This document shows, piece by piece, positions 24,302-37,081 of a stretch of DNA of 64,000 bases (position 1 is the first letter of the stretch; each line of letters opens with the position of its first letter). The translations under genes and the position numbers were made by a program. Source of the DNA: Guillardia theta CCMP2712 (taxonomy: Eukaryota > Protista > Cryptophyta); NCBI RefSeq assembly GCF_000315625.1, contig NW_005434655.1, forward strand, positions 552,528 to 616,527, written 5' to 3'. The notes beneath the pieces are model-generated. The model had not been told where the DNA came from, searched no databases, and saw only the letters and a list, made by a program, of their open reading frames with translations.

Positions 24302-24597
24302 AGAGTCTCTTACAAGTCGAGTCAAGGAAGGTCTAGCACACTTGCACAAGTCAAGGGACAGTGCGCTGGAAAAGAATATGTATTCTATGGATGTGGATTA
24401 TTTTTCTAGCAGCACGTCAGCTGCTGATTATTGTCTTTCGGTCTTCATTTCTTGGGCAAAACTTTCCTCCTCGGAGGAACCGGCACCGCATCCGGAGCGT
24501 TGGCTTCAGGGTTGTCTATCGCAAGGTTTTAGCCGTTCAGCAAGGCAGGGGCTGGAACAGCTGACCTTGATCGTCGGGCTTGTTTGAGCTCTCCGAT

Positions 24598-26352
24598 CTA
24601 TCGCTGATCTCGGAGGCCACATCGGACGAGGGAGCTTTCTTGACCTCCTACCAATAGCATGAGCTCCTGCCCCGTCGACGAATCGATCGACCTTGGGAGT
24701 ATCTTTCCGATCCTCGTCCGGCTTCTCATTCTTCTCCATCTTCTACATGATCGTAAGCAGTGCCAACTCGATTGAAGCACCGACCTTGGAAGGAGCAGGA
24801 GGCGCGGTTTGTGTTGTGTCCTACCAAGATCTCTCAGTCTCAGATCGCTCTGGCATGTACCTGGCCCGGCCCGGACCTCATCGGCAGCTGGAAGTTCAAA
24901 GGTGAGGTCTTCAAGGTACTTGGGGTCTGGGTCCTGCGGAATCCCATTCGTTAAGGAGAAGCAATCGTTGCTGAAAAAGTACATCGGATGGCTCAAGCTG
25001 AACGGCCTCCTTCGGCCAACCATCGGACCATCGCCCCTGCCAGAGGATCAGTGATCAACCTCAGAGGGAGAGGTAGAGGCTAGCCTGTACTCTGCTTCCG
25101 TCAGCAAAGCAATAGAGCCCCATGCCTTGACAGGTTCATGGCGTCAGGGACCATACGATAACTTTCCTTTCCTCACCTTCTGGCGTCCCTCCTGTCATAT
25201 CGCCGAAGTATTGGTCGCCGTTGGGATACTTCCTGATACATCTGGAATGAAAGTTTTTGGCATCACTCTCCCCCCGAGGCAGAAAGGAGATTAGACGAAC
25301 CTTCCCGTCCCATCCGACTTTCCGCTCTTAAACTCTCCTTTCAATTTGTTCCCGTTGGCTGCAATAAACAATCCTGACGCAGGTTTCAGACATAGGCAGT
25401 GACTTCAATAGTTCTCACCCTCGCCAGAGGCCACGCCATCGGAGAAGTTTCCTTGAGTTTGACATCATCCCCAATCAAAACTCTTCTTATCTCCACCTGT
25501 GTGCGCGGCCCCGTTCTTGTATGTACACTTTCCCTGTCATCAGGCTTTAGATCGACTGCATCGTTTGAATCCAGAATGACTCACAAGTCCATGTGGCTTC
25601 CCATCCATCCACTCGCCCTCATACACGTCCCCACTGTACCAACGTCAGTTTAGCCCTGCCAGCAACAGACAGACTTTGCGGTCTTCATCCGGCCCTTTCC
25701 ATGTCGACGCCCCTTCAACACAAACAAGAGATTTCAAAATAACAAAATCGAAGCAGGTTGCAGAGTTTACAGCTCGAAACTCTCCCTCATATTCGAGTTG
25801 ATCTGCTATGACCTCCTTTCCTTCTCGCAAGAAATCACGAAAGCCTATCAAAACAAACTTGACAAACCTTGTCCATCAGGTTCTCCCCTCATGAATTCAC
25901 CCTCATATGAAATATCTCCTTCACGCACACAGTCAGGATTCAGCGGTTCAACATAGGCCAATCACACCGAAGGCAACTCTCAGAACAAACTTCCCTTTGC
26001 CTTCAGGCTCCTGCCGAGAAGATCGTCAGGACAGTCCCCTGACGTAAGGACAAGACAACCCCTTTGAAGAAACTTCCAGTGTAGGAACTGTCCTTCGTGT
26101 AAAGGGAACCTGCGACGACATGACCTCCTCCCTTACGAAACCTTACAGGGGCACCTTTCCCATGAAACTGGCCGGACCGCCATTCTCCCTCATAGCGCCT
26201 CCCATCCTCCCACTCACACTTGCCACTCCCCTGTCACACCGCGTCAACGACAGGCTGCAAAGCGACCCTCTTCGTACATGCGGGACTTCTTTCTTCGTCT
26301 CTCCGACATACTCGCCGCCATCCGCGAGCCGCACGCTTGTCTCTGACGACAT
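24598..26352 (-). CDS. MORN-repeat protein, multi-exon
   Basis: Repeats ADGGEYVGETKKEVPHG, SYTGSFFKG.PEGKG, YEGEFMRGEPDGQG, YPNGDQYFGDM. The 3' end is uncertain. Confidence 0.8.
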
Positions 26353-27022
26353 GAGAGAGGTTGAGGGACCTGAGCAACTCAGTCAATCTTCCTACCACAA
26401 ACTACTCCCACGTAATTGCCGGGCCTTGCGATCCTCCTCCCTCCCTCTCTTCTTCCTTATCTTCCTCCTCCCCACCTTCCTCACCCTAGTCCCTCTTATC
26501 CCTTCTTCTCTTCTCTCTTTCCCAAGTTTCATACCATGTGCTGCCCCCTCCCTCCCTCCCTCCACCCCCTCCCCCGTGTCTCGCTCGCCCTCGCTCGTCT
26601 CTCCAGCCTCATTCCCGCCAAACTTCAAAAAACGGATCACTTCACCAGCAGCCCCGCTCTCTCAGGTAGAAGGTAAGGGGCACCCTCTTATATCATATTA
26701 GCATAATACTTAAATATCTCCTGTAGTGTATGGGGGGTAATATGACGCTCAGAAGGGGGAGCGGGTAGGTAGCTGGCAAGGGGAGTTAGCGCCCAGTAGA
26801 ATCCGAACCCCGGGGACATGCGGCGAAGAGCGTTCGCCATGCTGATAGAGAGGGGGGGCAGAGAGAAGGAGACAGCAGGCGGGAGAGTGATGGAGATGCA
26901 GAAGTAGGTTAGAGGGAGCAACGGAGAGGAGGAGATGTACTTTCTGGGAACACAAGGCAGTGAGCAATAAAAGGGCGGGAAGGCTGTGCTGTTTGTGTTG
27001 AGCTTTGTAGTCCGAGTTCGAC

Positions 27023-28121
27023 ATGGCACAACAAGAGTTCTCCCCATGCTCGGACTGTGGGACGTTGCCTTGCAAGAGACCCAAGAGAGTGTTGGACGAC
27101 TGCTGCTCGTGCTCGGGGGAAGTTTGTGGGGACCCAGCATGCCCTGCGATCGAGTTGATCACTTGCGAAGCTTGCAACAGAGGAGACAACGAAATGCAGC
27201 TGATCCTGTGTGACGGCTGCGATCATGCATGCCACCTGGCTTGCATGGATCCGCCCGTAGGTTTTGTGCCGGAAACGTGGTTTTGCCGCCGGTGCTTATC
27301 AGCATCGTTGAAACTGCATGATTCCAGGGACCGGAGGATAGGAGGCCAAGGTGATTGCACAATCATTCTTGACCCAGCGTCAACTATGACCCTGACTTTT
27401 GGTATTGAAGCACTTTGTAAATCCGTAAATGATTTCTACAGACAAGGTGATGCGATCGGGCGAATTCTGCTGCCGTTCTAAACTTGAGTGGTTGACGATG
27501 CTATCAGACATCTCCTGGCAATCAGGAAGTTTTCCACAGCCCTCAGAGATTTTCAAGAGCGCAATCATGAACATTAGCCACCATGATCACGAGTCGAGCC
27601 CCAGGGGGCTGAGTTGCAAGTGCAAGAGGAGTCGATGCATGAAGAAGTAAGCTGCTGCCAGCGGCTACAGGTTCACGAGGTAGACTCTGACTCCCCGGAC
27701 CTTTACAGGTACTGCGAATGCTTTCAGAACAGCTCTGCCTGCACATCTAGATGCACGTGCAATGACTGCGGGAACACCATCTCGGAGAGGATGCGGAAGC
27801 CTGGGACCTTCCAAGTCCGCGCTTCCTCCACCTCCCCGACCAACGCCCCAGAGCCCGATGTAGAGGTTGTGCATGTCGCACCCAAGACGTGAGGCCTTGC
27901 CGATGACGGTTTCTCTGGTGTGACTTGCTAGCAGGGTCAAGCCATCGAGCTACAGCAGGTGGAGGCTGGAGAATCAACTCAAGGAGAGGGATAGGTCGCC
28001 GCTGCCGCACGAGCTGCCAAGGGAGGTTCAGCTACTTGCAGCAGAGGCTTACACTCGGCAACAAGCCTTGCAGCATCAGAGCCTCGGCGGCAGGATGTCG
28101 AATCGATCTTCTCTTCCTTGA
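27023..28121 (+). CDS. PHD finger + tesmin/TSO1-type CXC (CRC) domain protein
   Basis: PHD CEACNRGDNEMQLILCDGCDHACHLACMDPP…WFCRRC. Spliced CXC CKCKRSRCMKK|YCECFQNSSACTSRCTCNDCGN. Stop TGA at 28119-28121. Confidence 0.85.
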
Positions 28122-28124
28122 CCC

Positions 28125-29335
28125 ACGGCCACTGTCAGACTCACTTGAATGTCGACACTCAGTCACTGTGAAAGCCGCCAGTGCCCCCGAATTGAAAAGT
28201 TTCTGTCACAGCACTGTTAGCATGCAACACTCAGTGACTGATTTCGGAAGTTCTGGCAGCCGCTGAGCCGCTGAGCATCAGACCCTTGCCAAGTTGAAAG
28301 GCTTAGTTTAAGTTACCGTGACTCAGTGATCAGTGTAGTATTTAGTAGATAAAATCCTTCAGGTCACAAGTTTTCGGTCCGATCCCGCCGCCCACTGCGC
28401 TCTGACGACCTGGCAGGCGAGTCCGCCGTCAACTGACGGTTCCGATTCGGAAGAGCTGAGCCCCGCCGGGGCCGGGGCCCGGCGCCGCCACACTGCACTT
28501 TGCGGCCGGGCCGGCCCGGCCGGGGCCGGGCGGACTGCACGCGCCGTGACTAGGGCGCGCCGGGGCCGGGCCGCTGGCAGTGCCCAGCCGCCGCTCCCCG
28601 GGCCGCACGCGGAACTTCGGAAGTTCCGAATGGTTCGAGCCGCGCCCGGCCCGCCGGCGCCGAGTCGGAACTCGGAAGCCTTTCGGCCAATGAATCGTCA
28701 CCGGGCCCACGCGCGGCCGCATGTCACATGGCCCGGCCCCGCTCAAGCCGCGTGACTCGGAACTCTTGGCCGAAAGAAATGCACCTATTGCCCTCATCCC
28801 CGCTTTTACCTCCTTCAAAAGCTGGCGAAAAAACATTTGACCGGCAATTTGACCGGTAGGGGTGGGACGTTATTCCCATTGAAACATTGCCATCATTGGA
28901 GTCTGGAATCATCTGCAACCCATAAGATGACACCACCCCTAGTTCTCTCTGTCTTCTTGGGGTGTGATTCTCATTGGGGTGGTGCGGTGGAAGTCTGGAA
29001 GGTGTGTGGTAAAGAGAGGCTGCTGACATATAATCGAACCTTCTGGAGTATTCTAAGACCCTCCGTCCGATGGTTACTAGGGTACCCCACCCTATTCATT
29101 CTAGGGTTACCCCATACCACCCCAGTTGCAAATGATCAGAAAGTCTTCAAACCGCACCTCTCGATTTGCCGGGGGTATTAAAGCATCGGTCACCACCCCT
29201 ACCCCCAATTGGCCGGGACTCTTTATTCCTAATGAATGATCACCCCTTCCTGGCATAGGTTTAGTACCCACTGAATGGGAACACTGGATTACTACCCCTG
29301 CCGATCACCTACCCTAACATACCCCCACCCCTGTC
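28125..29335. promoter_or_regulatory. intergenic module: GTCAC/AAGTT + CCGG island (28125-28770) and TACCCC tract (28850-29335)
   Basis: Starts right after the PHD-CXC stop codon. Same motif grammar as the other modules. Confidence 0.55.
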
Positions 29336-29576
29336 TCATCCTCTAGAGTCGTCCCTCTTCGTCCCTTCCAAAGTTCCATCCTGCCTCTATTGGTCAGCTT
29401 TGTCATTCTGCTTGCCCCTTCGCTTCGGTGATCTTGGTGACACGCTCTTCTTCAAAGCAACCCTCAACCCCTCTGCTGTTGCAAAGTCAAAGGAAGCTGT
29501 TTCTTTTCAATTTTCCTACAGACTCAAGGGTTCCTGAGTCTCACTTGGTTTTTCGACCCTGTACATACTTTGCTTA

Positions 29577-30020
29577 ATGTGTGTGATGTCACCCATTTAC
29601 TCTGAGAGATCTATAGAAGAGGGGATGAGCCAGGCGAAAGCTGTGTTACAGAACCCTGCTCTGAGATTTCATAGATCGGCATTATTGCACTTCGAAAGAA
29701 CGAATGGATCGGATTCTTCCGGCATCTATCCTCCAAACCGAAGAATTCTTGTGAGAGCATGGAAGCGGAAAAGACCTGGGTTCAGAAGCACTCTCAAGAA
29801 GAAATCCTCGCACCTTCAAAACGTTCTTGCTATCACAACCTCCAAGAACAAAGAAGATTTGCTGGCTTCGTTCAAGAAGTTTCTACAGAAAAGGAAGACC
29901 AGGCGCTCAAAATCGCATAGAACGAAGAAGCCTTGTCACAAGTCAGGAAATCAAGATGAGTATTTTGGGGATAACGAGTTGAACGGATATCTCAGCGAGA
30001 CTGAATCCGTTTCCATGTAG
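29577..30020 (+). CDS. hypothetical basic protein (~130-147 aa)
   Basis: Single ORF downstream of a TACCCC tract, Lys/Arg-rich with an acidic tail. No family recognised. Confidence 0.45.
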   Translation: MCVMSPIYSERSIEEGMSQAKAVLQNPALRFHRSALLHFERTNGSDSSGIYPPNRRILVRAWKRKRPGFRSTLKKKSSHLQNVLAITTSKNKEDLLASFKKFLQKRKTRRSKSHRTKKPCHKSGNQDEYFGDNELNGYLSETESVSM

Positions 30021-30282
30021 AGTCTTTGATGTCAATTATGTATGATTGCTGTACAGACAGTATTTGCCAGTTGCGTGAATTTTCCAATAAACCGAAGTGT
30101 TCGACAAAACCTGCTCTTACAGAACACTCGGCATAAAAACAAGACAGTTTATTGGAGAGATTTCCAAACAACTATAATCTACAATACTCAATTGCAACTG
30201 TGGAAGAAAGAAAGAGGTGAAAGAATAACTGAGGGCCTTCGATGCAAGATTTCTCAAATGTCTCGCGCGATATGGCACACGT

Positions 30283-31060
30283 CTAAATGTAGAAGTTAGG
30301 AGACGATCTTTCTCCTGGCTTGCGATATTCGGGTGCACCAAGGGTTCCTTTGATGAACTGGGTATAGCCCGCAGAGTGACAAGACCCCCTATGGTAGTCT
30401 AATTAGTCACACTGCACGTAACAAGAGCGGTTTCATACTTGTGCCACCCCTGTGAGCCCGGCGAAGAACGCTCTTTACATGTCTTGTTCTGTCCATATGC
30501 ACCCTGCAATTTGTAGAACAGCGATGGCGACTCCGGTTTCCCAAGAGGGTACCACATCTGCAGATGTTTGTCAGTAATTCCCAATATCTCGACAATGAAA
30601 GACAGATATGGTTGAGGGATAGTTAATCTTCGAACACGAAACGATATGTTAAAATCTCAAAAAATGTTCAAATCTCAAAAAATTATGTTCAAATCTGCTG
30701 CAATCTTGCGATTGTATCTCGCTTCCATTTTGTTCTTGTACAGCCTTGCAGATTAGAAATAAAACCATCAGCATTGAAATGTGTTGTATGCATCTAGCTT
30801 CAACTCTGAAAATGATTGACAAAACTTTCATTTTTGTTCAACCAAATGAATTCACCTAGAAATTGAAGGGAATTCGTGAGGGAGAGATCAGCCAAGATAA
30901 TTTGTCTGACCAACAAGAAAAAGTGTGCTACAATCATTCCCTTTGCACGTTGCAGCGACAACACTAACAGCATGACCTAAACATCGAGATGGCAGCTTTC
31001 TCACAGTCCATTTAGCATTTCAATCGATTGCTGATTTGAATCTCAACCTTCAACCCTTAT
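30283..31060 (-). CDS. small hypothetical protein with many short introns
   Basis: Exons readable as WYPLGKPESPSLFYKLQ…ERSSPGSQGWH|YHRGSCHSAGYTQFIKGTLGAPEYRKPGERSSPNFYI-TAG, separated by ~45-nt GT-AG introns. The 5' end is not resolved. Confidence 0.4.
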
Positions 31061-31290
31061 CGCATCCATCAAAGCATGTCTGTCTGCCTCTTCACCTCGC
31101 TCTACAACCAATTTTTCATCTCAACTAGTTTTTTAAAAAGACTACCACAGTGGTAGTCTTGTTAACTTGAGTAATATATTCTGTACAAATCATTTGTTCA
31201 CACCAGTACAAACAAGAACCAAAAGGTGATAACAAAAAAGGTAACAATATAGTAAAACATGAACATGGCTGACAGACCAAAACAATTTCT

Positions 31291-31364
31291 CGCTCCCGGC
31301 AGGGCTCGAACCTGCGACCTAACGGTTAACAGCCGTTCGCTCTGACCGACTGAGCTACGGAAGC
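31291..31364 (-). tRNA. tRNA-Asn (GTT)
   Basis: Reverse complement GCTTCCGTAGCTCAGTCGGTCAGAGCGAACGGCTGTTAACCGTTAGGTCGCAGGTTCGAGCCCTGCCGGGAGCG folds as a cloverleaf. It has anticodon GTT, A/B boxes, a T4 run downstream and TATAA about 30 nt upstream. Confidence 0.97.
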
Positions 31365-31689
31365 ACGTCTTGTGCTCTGTAACCAGAGCTTATATCGAAC
31401 CTCATCCCCACACTGACCCTGGGGGTTGTCCAGGTTGGTGAGTCAGGGAGTCATGGCGTATGCAGGGAAGGGAAGGGAAGGGAGGGAGGGAGGAAGAGAA
31501 GGGAGAAGTAGGTAGGAGGGAGAGGAGGGTTGAGAACCAGAAAGGGAAAGCAAAAGCACCAGAAGAGGGAGAAAACGAGAGAGCAAGTGGGCAAGCACGG
31601 GATAGACTGTGCTTGAGCGATCGTTAGTAAGGAACAAGAATACTGCATAACTCGAATGACATTGTAATGCTCAACAGATTTGATCCACG

Positions 31690-33895
31690 ATGGGATGGAA
31701 GACTTCTTCCTCCCTGGTTCTCGCTGTATATGCTGGTCTGCAGATACCAGAGCATCTTTGAGAGTTCTGATCCTCCCTGACAGGTGTACTACTGTTCATC
31801 AGTCAGAGAGACAAACGAGCGAGTTTTGATCAACCGGAGGCTGTAAACAGGTCAGATTTTGCTTCCCTTCGAGACTTCCCTTTGTTTGAAGTTCAGTCGC
31901 TCTTGGGTCATACCTAGGAACGGCAGGATCAGTTTGCTGTCTTTGCAAGGGCAGCAGCAAGGATATAACGATCTCAAGCTCCTCACAGACGCTAGGGACT
32001 CGCAGGTATGGCTCGATCCTCAAACATCCCCTGACCTGACGCGACGTGCTTTTTCCTTCAGAGGCAGGACGAGCAGGCGGCGAAGGAGCGAAGGATGGCG
32101 CTGCTGAAGAAGGCCGGGGTGACGGGGAGGGGGAGGGAGCAGAAAGGTGACGTAGAGGGGGGCAGCATGAGTCTACCCCTCCTAACATGCCACAGACGGA
32201 GTAGACCTTGGCCTCCTTAAACAAGCCGTGAAGGAGCAGAACTACGAGTCTTCCGCACAGACCAAGGGGTGATAGGAAGAGGGGGGAAGGGGGGGGAGGG
32301 GAGGGGAGGGGAGGAGGGAAAGGGGAGGGGAGGACAGTGAGAAGTGGGAGGTAGTGATGGTGAAGCCTTGTGACGTAGCTGTGAAGGTTCACGAGGGATC
32401 TGCTTGCTGCCTCGCGAGCCCAGGCTTCCAAGGAGCAGAAGGGGATGCAGTTCAAGGGGAACGTTCCTATCCAGCAGGAGCTGCGGAAGATACTGGGCGA
32501 TCAAGTGAGCATGCAGGCGGGAGAGGAAGGAGCTGAGATTCCTGTCTGCTTCAGTTTGTTTCAGGCTCGTACCATAAAGCTTCTATTGGTTCAAGTCCAG
32601 CACAAGATCAGCAGACCTCGATCAGCCTGAGCGGTCCAGCACGGAAGGCGCCGCAGGTAGAGAAGTTGAGATGCTGCTGGGAAGATGACAGGGAAGCAGT
32701 TTTTAAGCTTGAAGGACGAGAAGAAGTTGGTTTCAGAGCTGACAAGTGGGTCGCAAGGTTGGAAGCCTCTGATTTCTCTTTCTATTTCTCATGCTCTCTC
32801 TCCTGCTCTTGCTTCCTTTGAATATGTCAAAGTTCCATTCTCTTATCTGATGTTGGCGCATCAGACTCTGCGATCAAGTCGATCGAGAATGCTGCTCGCG
32901 TCCCGCATGCCAGGAGGAACGGACTCGCTCTCGACGATGAGAAGAATCTTGTGGGCTACCTCGACTCGTCAGCTGCAGGTGGGAGGTTGGCAGCAACCGG
33001 CTGTGATCACAGTCATACCCTTGCTACTTCCTTCGCCTTGCGTCTGTTATGATACCCCTCAACGAGTAGACGACCACCATTACCGCTCCCTCCTCCATCG
33101 GCTGCATCAAAGGAGACATCTCATGCACCAAAGGTGCCATACATGTCTTCCTCCTCCTCCTCTCCCTCCTGACAAGTCGCAGGCGACATGCCCTGGAGTC
33201 TCCTGCTGTGCGTAGCTGCCATGCGCTCCCCGCAGTGAGCTGACTTTCTGTAGGACGAACATACTGGCAAGCATCATATGAAATCATGTTGGGACTCCTT
33301 CCCTTCCCTTCCTTGCCCCTTCCGCTCACCTTCCCATTCCCTTCCCCCTTCTCCTGCTCCTTCCCTTTACTCTCCCTGCCCCTGCACTTTTTCATCCTTT
33401 GCCGACAATCTCTTTCCCTCCTTTCCTGTTCCACGTCCATCCCTCCTTCCCGCTTCCTTTCACCACTACCACCACCTCCTCCCCTTTCCCTCTGCAACAT
33501 TCATGGACTTACTATCATATGTTTCAGATATGAACTACTGGAAGTGGGCGAGGGGGAAGCGGCTTAAGAAAGAGCTGTCGGGTGTAGTTGACAACGTTCT
33601 CAAAGACCTGCAGCATAGAAAGTGAAAGTGAAGTGAAAGTGAAAGCTTCTTGTTTATTCTCCTCCTCCCCCTCCAGTTTCACCTCCTCCAGTTTCACCTC
33701 CTCCTCCTCCTCCTCCTCCTCCTCCTCCTCCTCCTCCTCCTCCTCCTCCTCCTCCTCCTCCTCATCTACACTTCTTCGCTGCTCGAATCCAGCAGCCGAC
33801 CGACCACGAACTTGTGCATAGACATGGCAAGCTCCTTCCACTCGGAGCTGCTACCCGAGTACGAGGAGGAGGAGGCGGCAGCCACTCCCACCTGA
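31690..33895 (+). CDS. hypothetical multi-exon protein
   Basis: Series of GT-AG-bounded coding-like exons (…SAIKSIENAARVPHARRNG…, TTTITAPSSIGCIKGDISCTK|ATCPGVSCC, MNYWKWARGKRLKKELSGVVDNVLKDLQ) ending AAATPT-TGA. Start is uncertain. Confidence 0.4.
33698..33763 (+). repeat. (CCT)n microsatellite, ~22 units, intronic
   Basis: Visible directly. Confidence 0.95.
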
Positions 33896-34159
33896 GCAGC
33901 GGAGTCAAGAAGGAGCGGAGACGAGAGACAAGATAAAGCATGCTATGAGAGAGTCAACAAGCATGAAGGGGAAGAGAGGGGGAGGGAGAAGGAAGAAGAT
34001 GGAGGAGAAGTGGGGAGGAAGAGGAGAAGAAGCAAGGATGTGTAGTGGTCAACACCTCCGTTGGAATCTCCAATGGAAGACTCTCGTGCTGATGACTTGC
34101 AAGGGAACACGCAGGCTGATCGTTCATGTGACTAGCCGACGAACACATACCCCCTCCTC

Positions 34160-34245
34160 CTCCCCTTCCCTCCCCTTCCCTCCCCTTCCCTCCCCTTCCC
34201 TCCCCTTCCCTCCCCTTCCCTCCCCTTCCCTCCCCTTCCCTTCCC
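34160..34245 (+). repeat. (CCCCTTCCCT)n 10-bp tandem repeat
   Basis: About 8 visible units. Confidence 0.9.
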
Positions 34246-34299
34246 TTACTCCCTGCCTGTCCTCTGCCCTCCCATTCCTCCCCTGACTCCTATCCACAC

Positions 34300-37081
34300 C
34301 TGCATCATCACTTGAAACATTCTGTTGGGTCCCGCAAATCCTTGAGTCCCCTCGTCATCAATCTAACGCGCCAGCATCAGAAGCGAAGCAGTAGAGCGAA
34401 GCAGAGGAGGAAAAGGAGGAGGAAAAGGAGGGGAGAGGAGGGTAGGGGAGCGGAGCGGAGGTAAATGACAAGATCACAATGATTTTCTCACCGCCGCAGT
34501 AGAGAAACGAGTCGCAGGGGTGGAGGGCGATGGTGTTGATAGGACAGGGCAAAGAGATGGCGGCTAAGGAAGAACCTGAAGGAGACAACAATCAGGAGAG
34601 GGACGAAGAAGATCGAGAAAGAGAAATACGGAGAAGCAAGAAAAAGTTGAATATGCAAGGAAACAGCTGCACGCATTTAGAGGCAGAGGCAGAGAAAGCG
34701 GCAGCGGCAGCGGCAGGAGGGAGCGGGGAGGTTGCATTCCTGCCCGACATCTCAAAACCTACCAGTGGGGATATGGAAAATCCTGACAGTCTTATCGAGA
34801 GAGGAGGAGCACACGCGAGCTTCGCATCCTCCTGCCCCGACCACCACTGAAGTGACGGGCAACGTGTGCTGTGACCAGGTGACGGAAGGAGACGGGAGAG
34901 CGGAGGAGACGGCAGAGTAGTCCAGGAGGTTACCCATGCTCCATGCACGTACCTGGTGCTTGTTACCAGTCCTCCTCCTCCTCCACCACCACCACTGATC
35001 CTTGTTCCCCTGCTTGTCGTGCATGCCGTCGCTTGCGTGGTTGGAGTAGCGGTTTTCGCTGCCTCCTTCGTTTCCTAGTATTTTATTGAGGCGGGTTTGT
35101 AGGCTTTATCCTCGTCCTCCTTTGTTTGCTCCGGTTTGCCTTTCTTTTTCAGTCAATACAGTCTGATTTTCCTAAATCGCGAAACTTTCATCATTGTGGG
35201 CTGCACTGCGTCATCACCATGGAATAATATGTGTAGCCACGGTTACAAGAGACTCAGTCGTTGCATCATGTCATGTGCTGCCTGGAAAATGACATTTAAT
35301 GATATCTGTAAGATTTCATTCATATTTAGTATCATTGAAGGCCTGAATTCTCCATCACCCCAAATACAGTCACCGTACCCTGAGAACTGCAGTGAGTAGC
35401 CTTGTTGAAGATTCCCGCAGGCAGACTCTCCAGCTTGTTGTTGTAAAGATTTATCTGCACAAGCTGGCTCGAGAGCTCGTCGAACACCCCTGCAGGCAGA
35501 CTCTCCAGCTTGTGTCGGAAAGAAATAGCCAAATCAAGATTGAGAGCCTGTCGAAGATCCCTGCAGCAGACTCTCCAGCTTGTTGTTGGAAAGAAATAGC
35601 CAAATCAAGNNNNNNNNNNNNNNNNNNNNNNNNNNNNNNNNNNNNNNNNNNNNNNNNNNNNNNNNNNNNNNNNNNNNNNNNNNNNNNNNNNNNNNNNNNN
35701 NNNNNNNNNTACCCCCCTCCGCCCTCCTCCCCACCCCCTTCCCCTTCCCCTTCCTACCCTTCCCCTTCCTCAAATGTTCCATCCATCCTCTTTCTCTCCG
35801 ACCCACCCTCCCCTTCCCCCCTCCCGTCCTCGACATCGCCGACGATCCCATTGCCCCTCCTCTTCTCTCTGTATACCAGAGCGTCCTCAGAGGCAGTGAG
35901 GATGAACGAACTGTCGTCAGTGAAGGCGATCGAAGTGACTGCATCGATGTCAGTCGACACTCTTTCTGCTCCTCTCATGTTGACTGCTGTCAAATTCTTC
36001 CGCAATGATGCCCTCTCCGCTCTGCCCTGCCCTGCCCTGCCCTGCCCTGCCCTGCCCTGCCCTGCCCTGCCCTGCCCTGCCCTTCTTTCTCTCCCTCGTC
36101 TCGCCACTGTCTTCAGTTCGTCTCCTTTCCTCTTCCTCTCTCAAAGCAGTTTCACCTGATCTGTAATGAGCCTCCCACGTTCGAATCAGAGCTCCTCCGC
36201 ACACCTGTAAACTTCCTTCACAACTCTCCTCCTCCTCCTCCCTTGTCTCCCATCCCACCATTCCCCTCTCCCCACCCTGTTCTCTCCCTTCCTCCCCTTC
36301 TTCCCCCTCTTCCTCGTCCTCTGCACAGCATGAAATAAAACTTTCCTCCCACAAGTAAACTCTTCCAGTCTCGGCTCCAGCGAGAATGTAGCTTCCTGCT
36401 GCACATCAGGTACCCGTGAAAAGATAAAAGAACGCTCCTCACCGTCGGCATTGGCTGCGATCGAGCAAACCTTCTCGGGAAGAGACATCTTCGCGTGCGG
36501 CTGCAGAATCGGAAGGAGCAGAGGGGGCAGGAGTGGGAGGGAGGAATGGAAATCAGTGCCAGCGGCCAACTAAGAAAGAGACAGAACACAAGTGATAGAG
36601 GAGAAAGTTGTAGAGAAGGAGGACTGGAAGAAACAATGGAGCGAAACTTCTAGCAGGAGGAGGAAGAAGGAGAAAGGAGGAGAAAGGAGGAGACACTTAA
36701 GGTAATAAGAGGCTTCCAGGTGAAGAGACCAAACTGACGAGCAATGAGACAGGAAATGCAACAAGAGGATCAGGACGAGAAGGGAGCAGGACGAGGAGAG
36801 CAGCAGCATCAGCAGCAGCAGCAGCAGCAGCAGCAAGCAGCAGCAAGCAGGCAGGAAAAGAATACCTGGTCCTTTCTCCAGTTGAAGACATGCAACGTTG
36901 GTTTGTTTGCAAGGGGCACAGCAAAGAAATCCCTTCCCACAGTAGCTACCGCATCCTTGGAAGCAGGAGACGCTGGACGATAGGACACGATCGTCGTTGC
37001 CGTGATAAGCTCCCACATGTTCATGGTAGAATCATCCCCTCCTCCACTCAGCACAACCTCCTGCAGTGCTGGTAACGGCAT
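34300..37081 (-). CDS. WDR18: WD40 protein, WDR18/Ipi3 (Rix1 complex) family; interrupted by an assembly gap
   Basis: MNMWELITATTIVSYR, KPTLHVFNWRKDQ, KMSLPEKVCSIA, LIRTWEAHYR, AFTDDSSFILTASEDALVRAWSM, WSQHTLPVTSV, SSSLDKTVRIFH. The 3' end is unresolved. Confidence 0.8.
35332..35609 (-). pseudogene. 24-aa typical LRR repeat fragment, frameshifted, inside a WDR18 intron
   Basis: Three ~72-nt units (LIWLFLSNNKLESL…, KLESLPAGVFDELSSQLVQINLYNNKLESLPAGIFNK) abutting the N-gap. Confidence 0.65.
35610..35709. other. assembly gap (100 N)
   Basis: Run of n characters. Confidence 1.
36023..36082 (+). repeat. (CTGCC)n microsatellite, ~12 units, intronic
   Basis: Visible directly. Confidence 0.95.

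Noticed and set aside
35392-36159. ORFs spanning the N run
   Set aside because: Artefacts of translating through the assembly gap.
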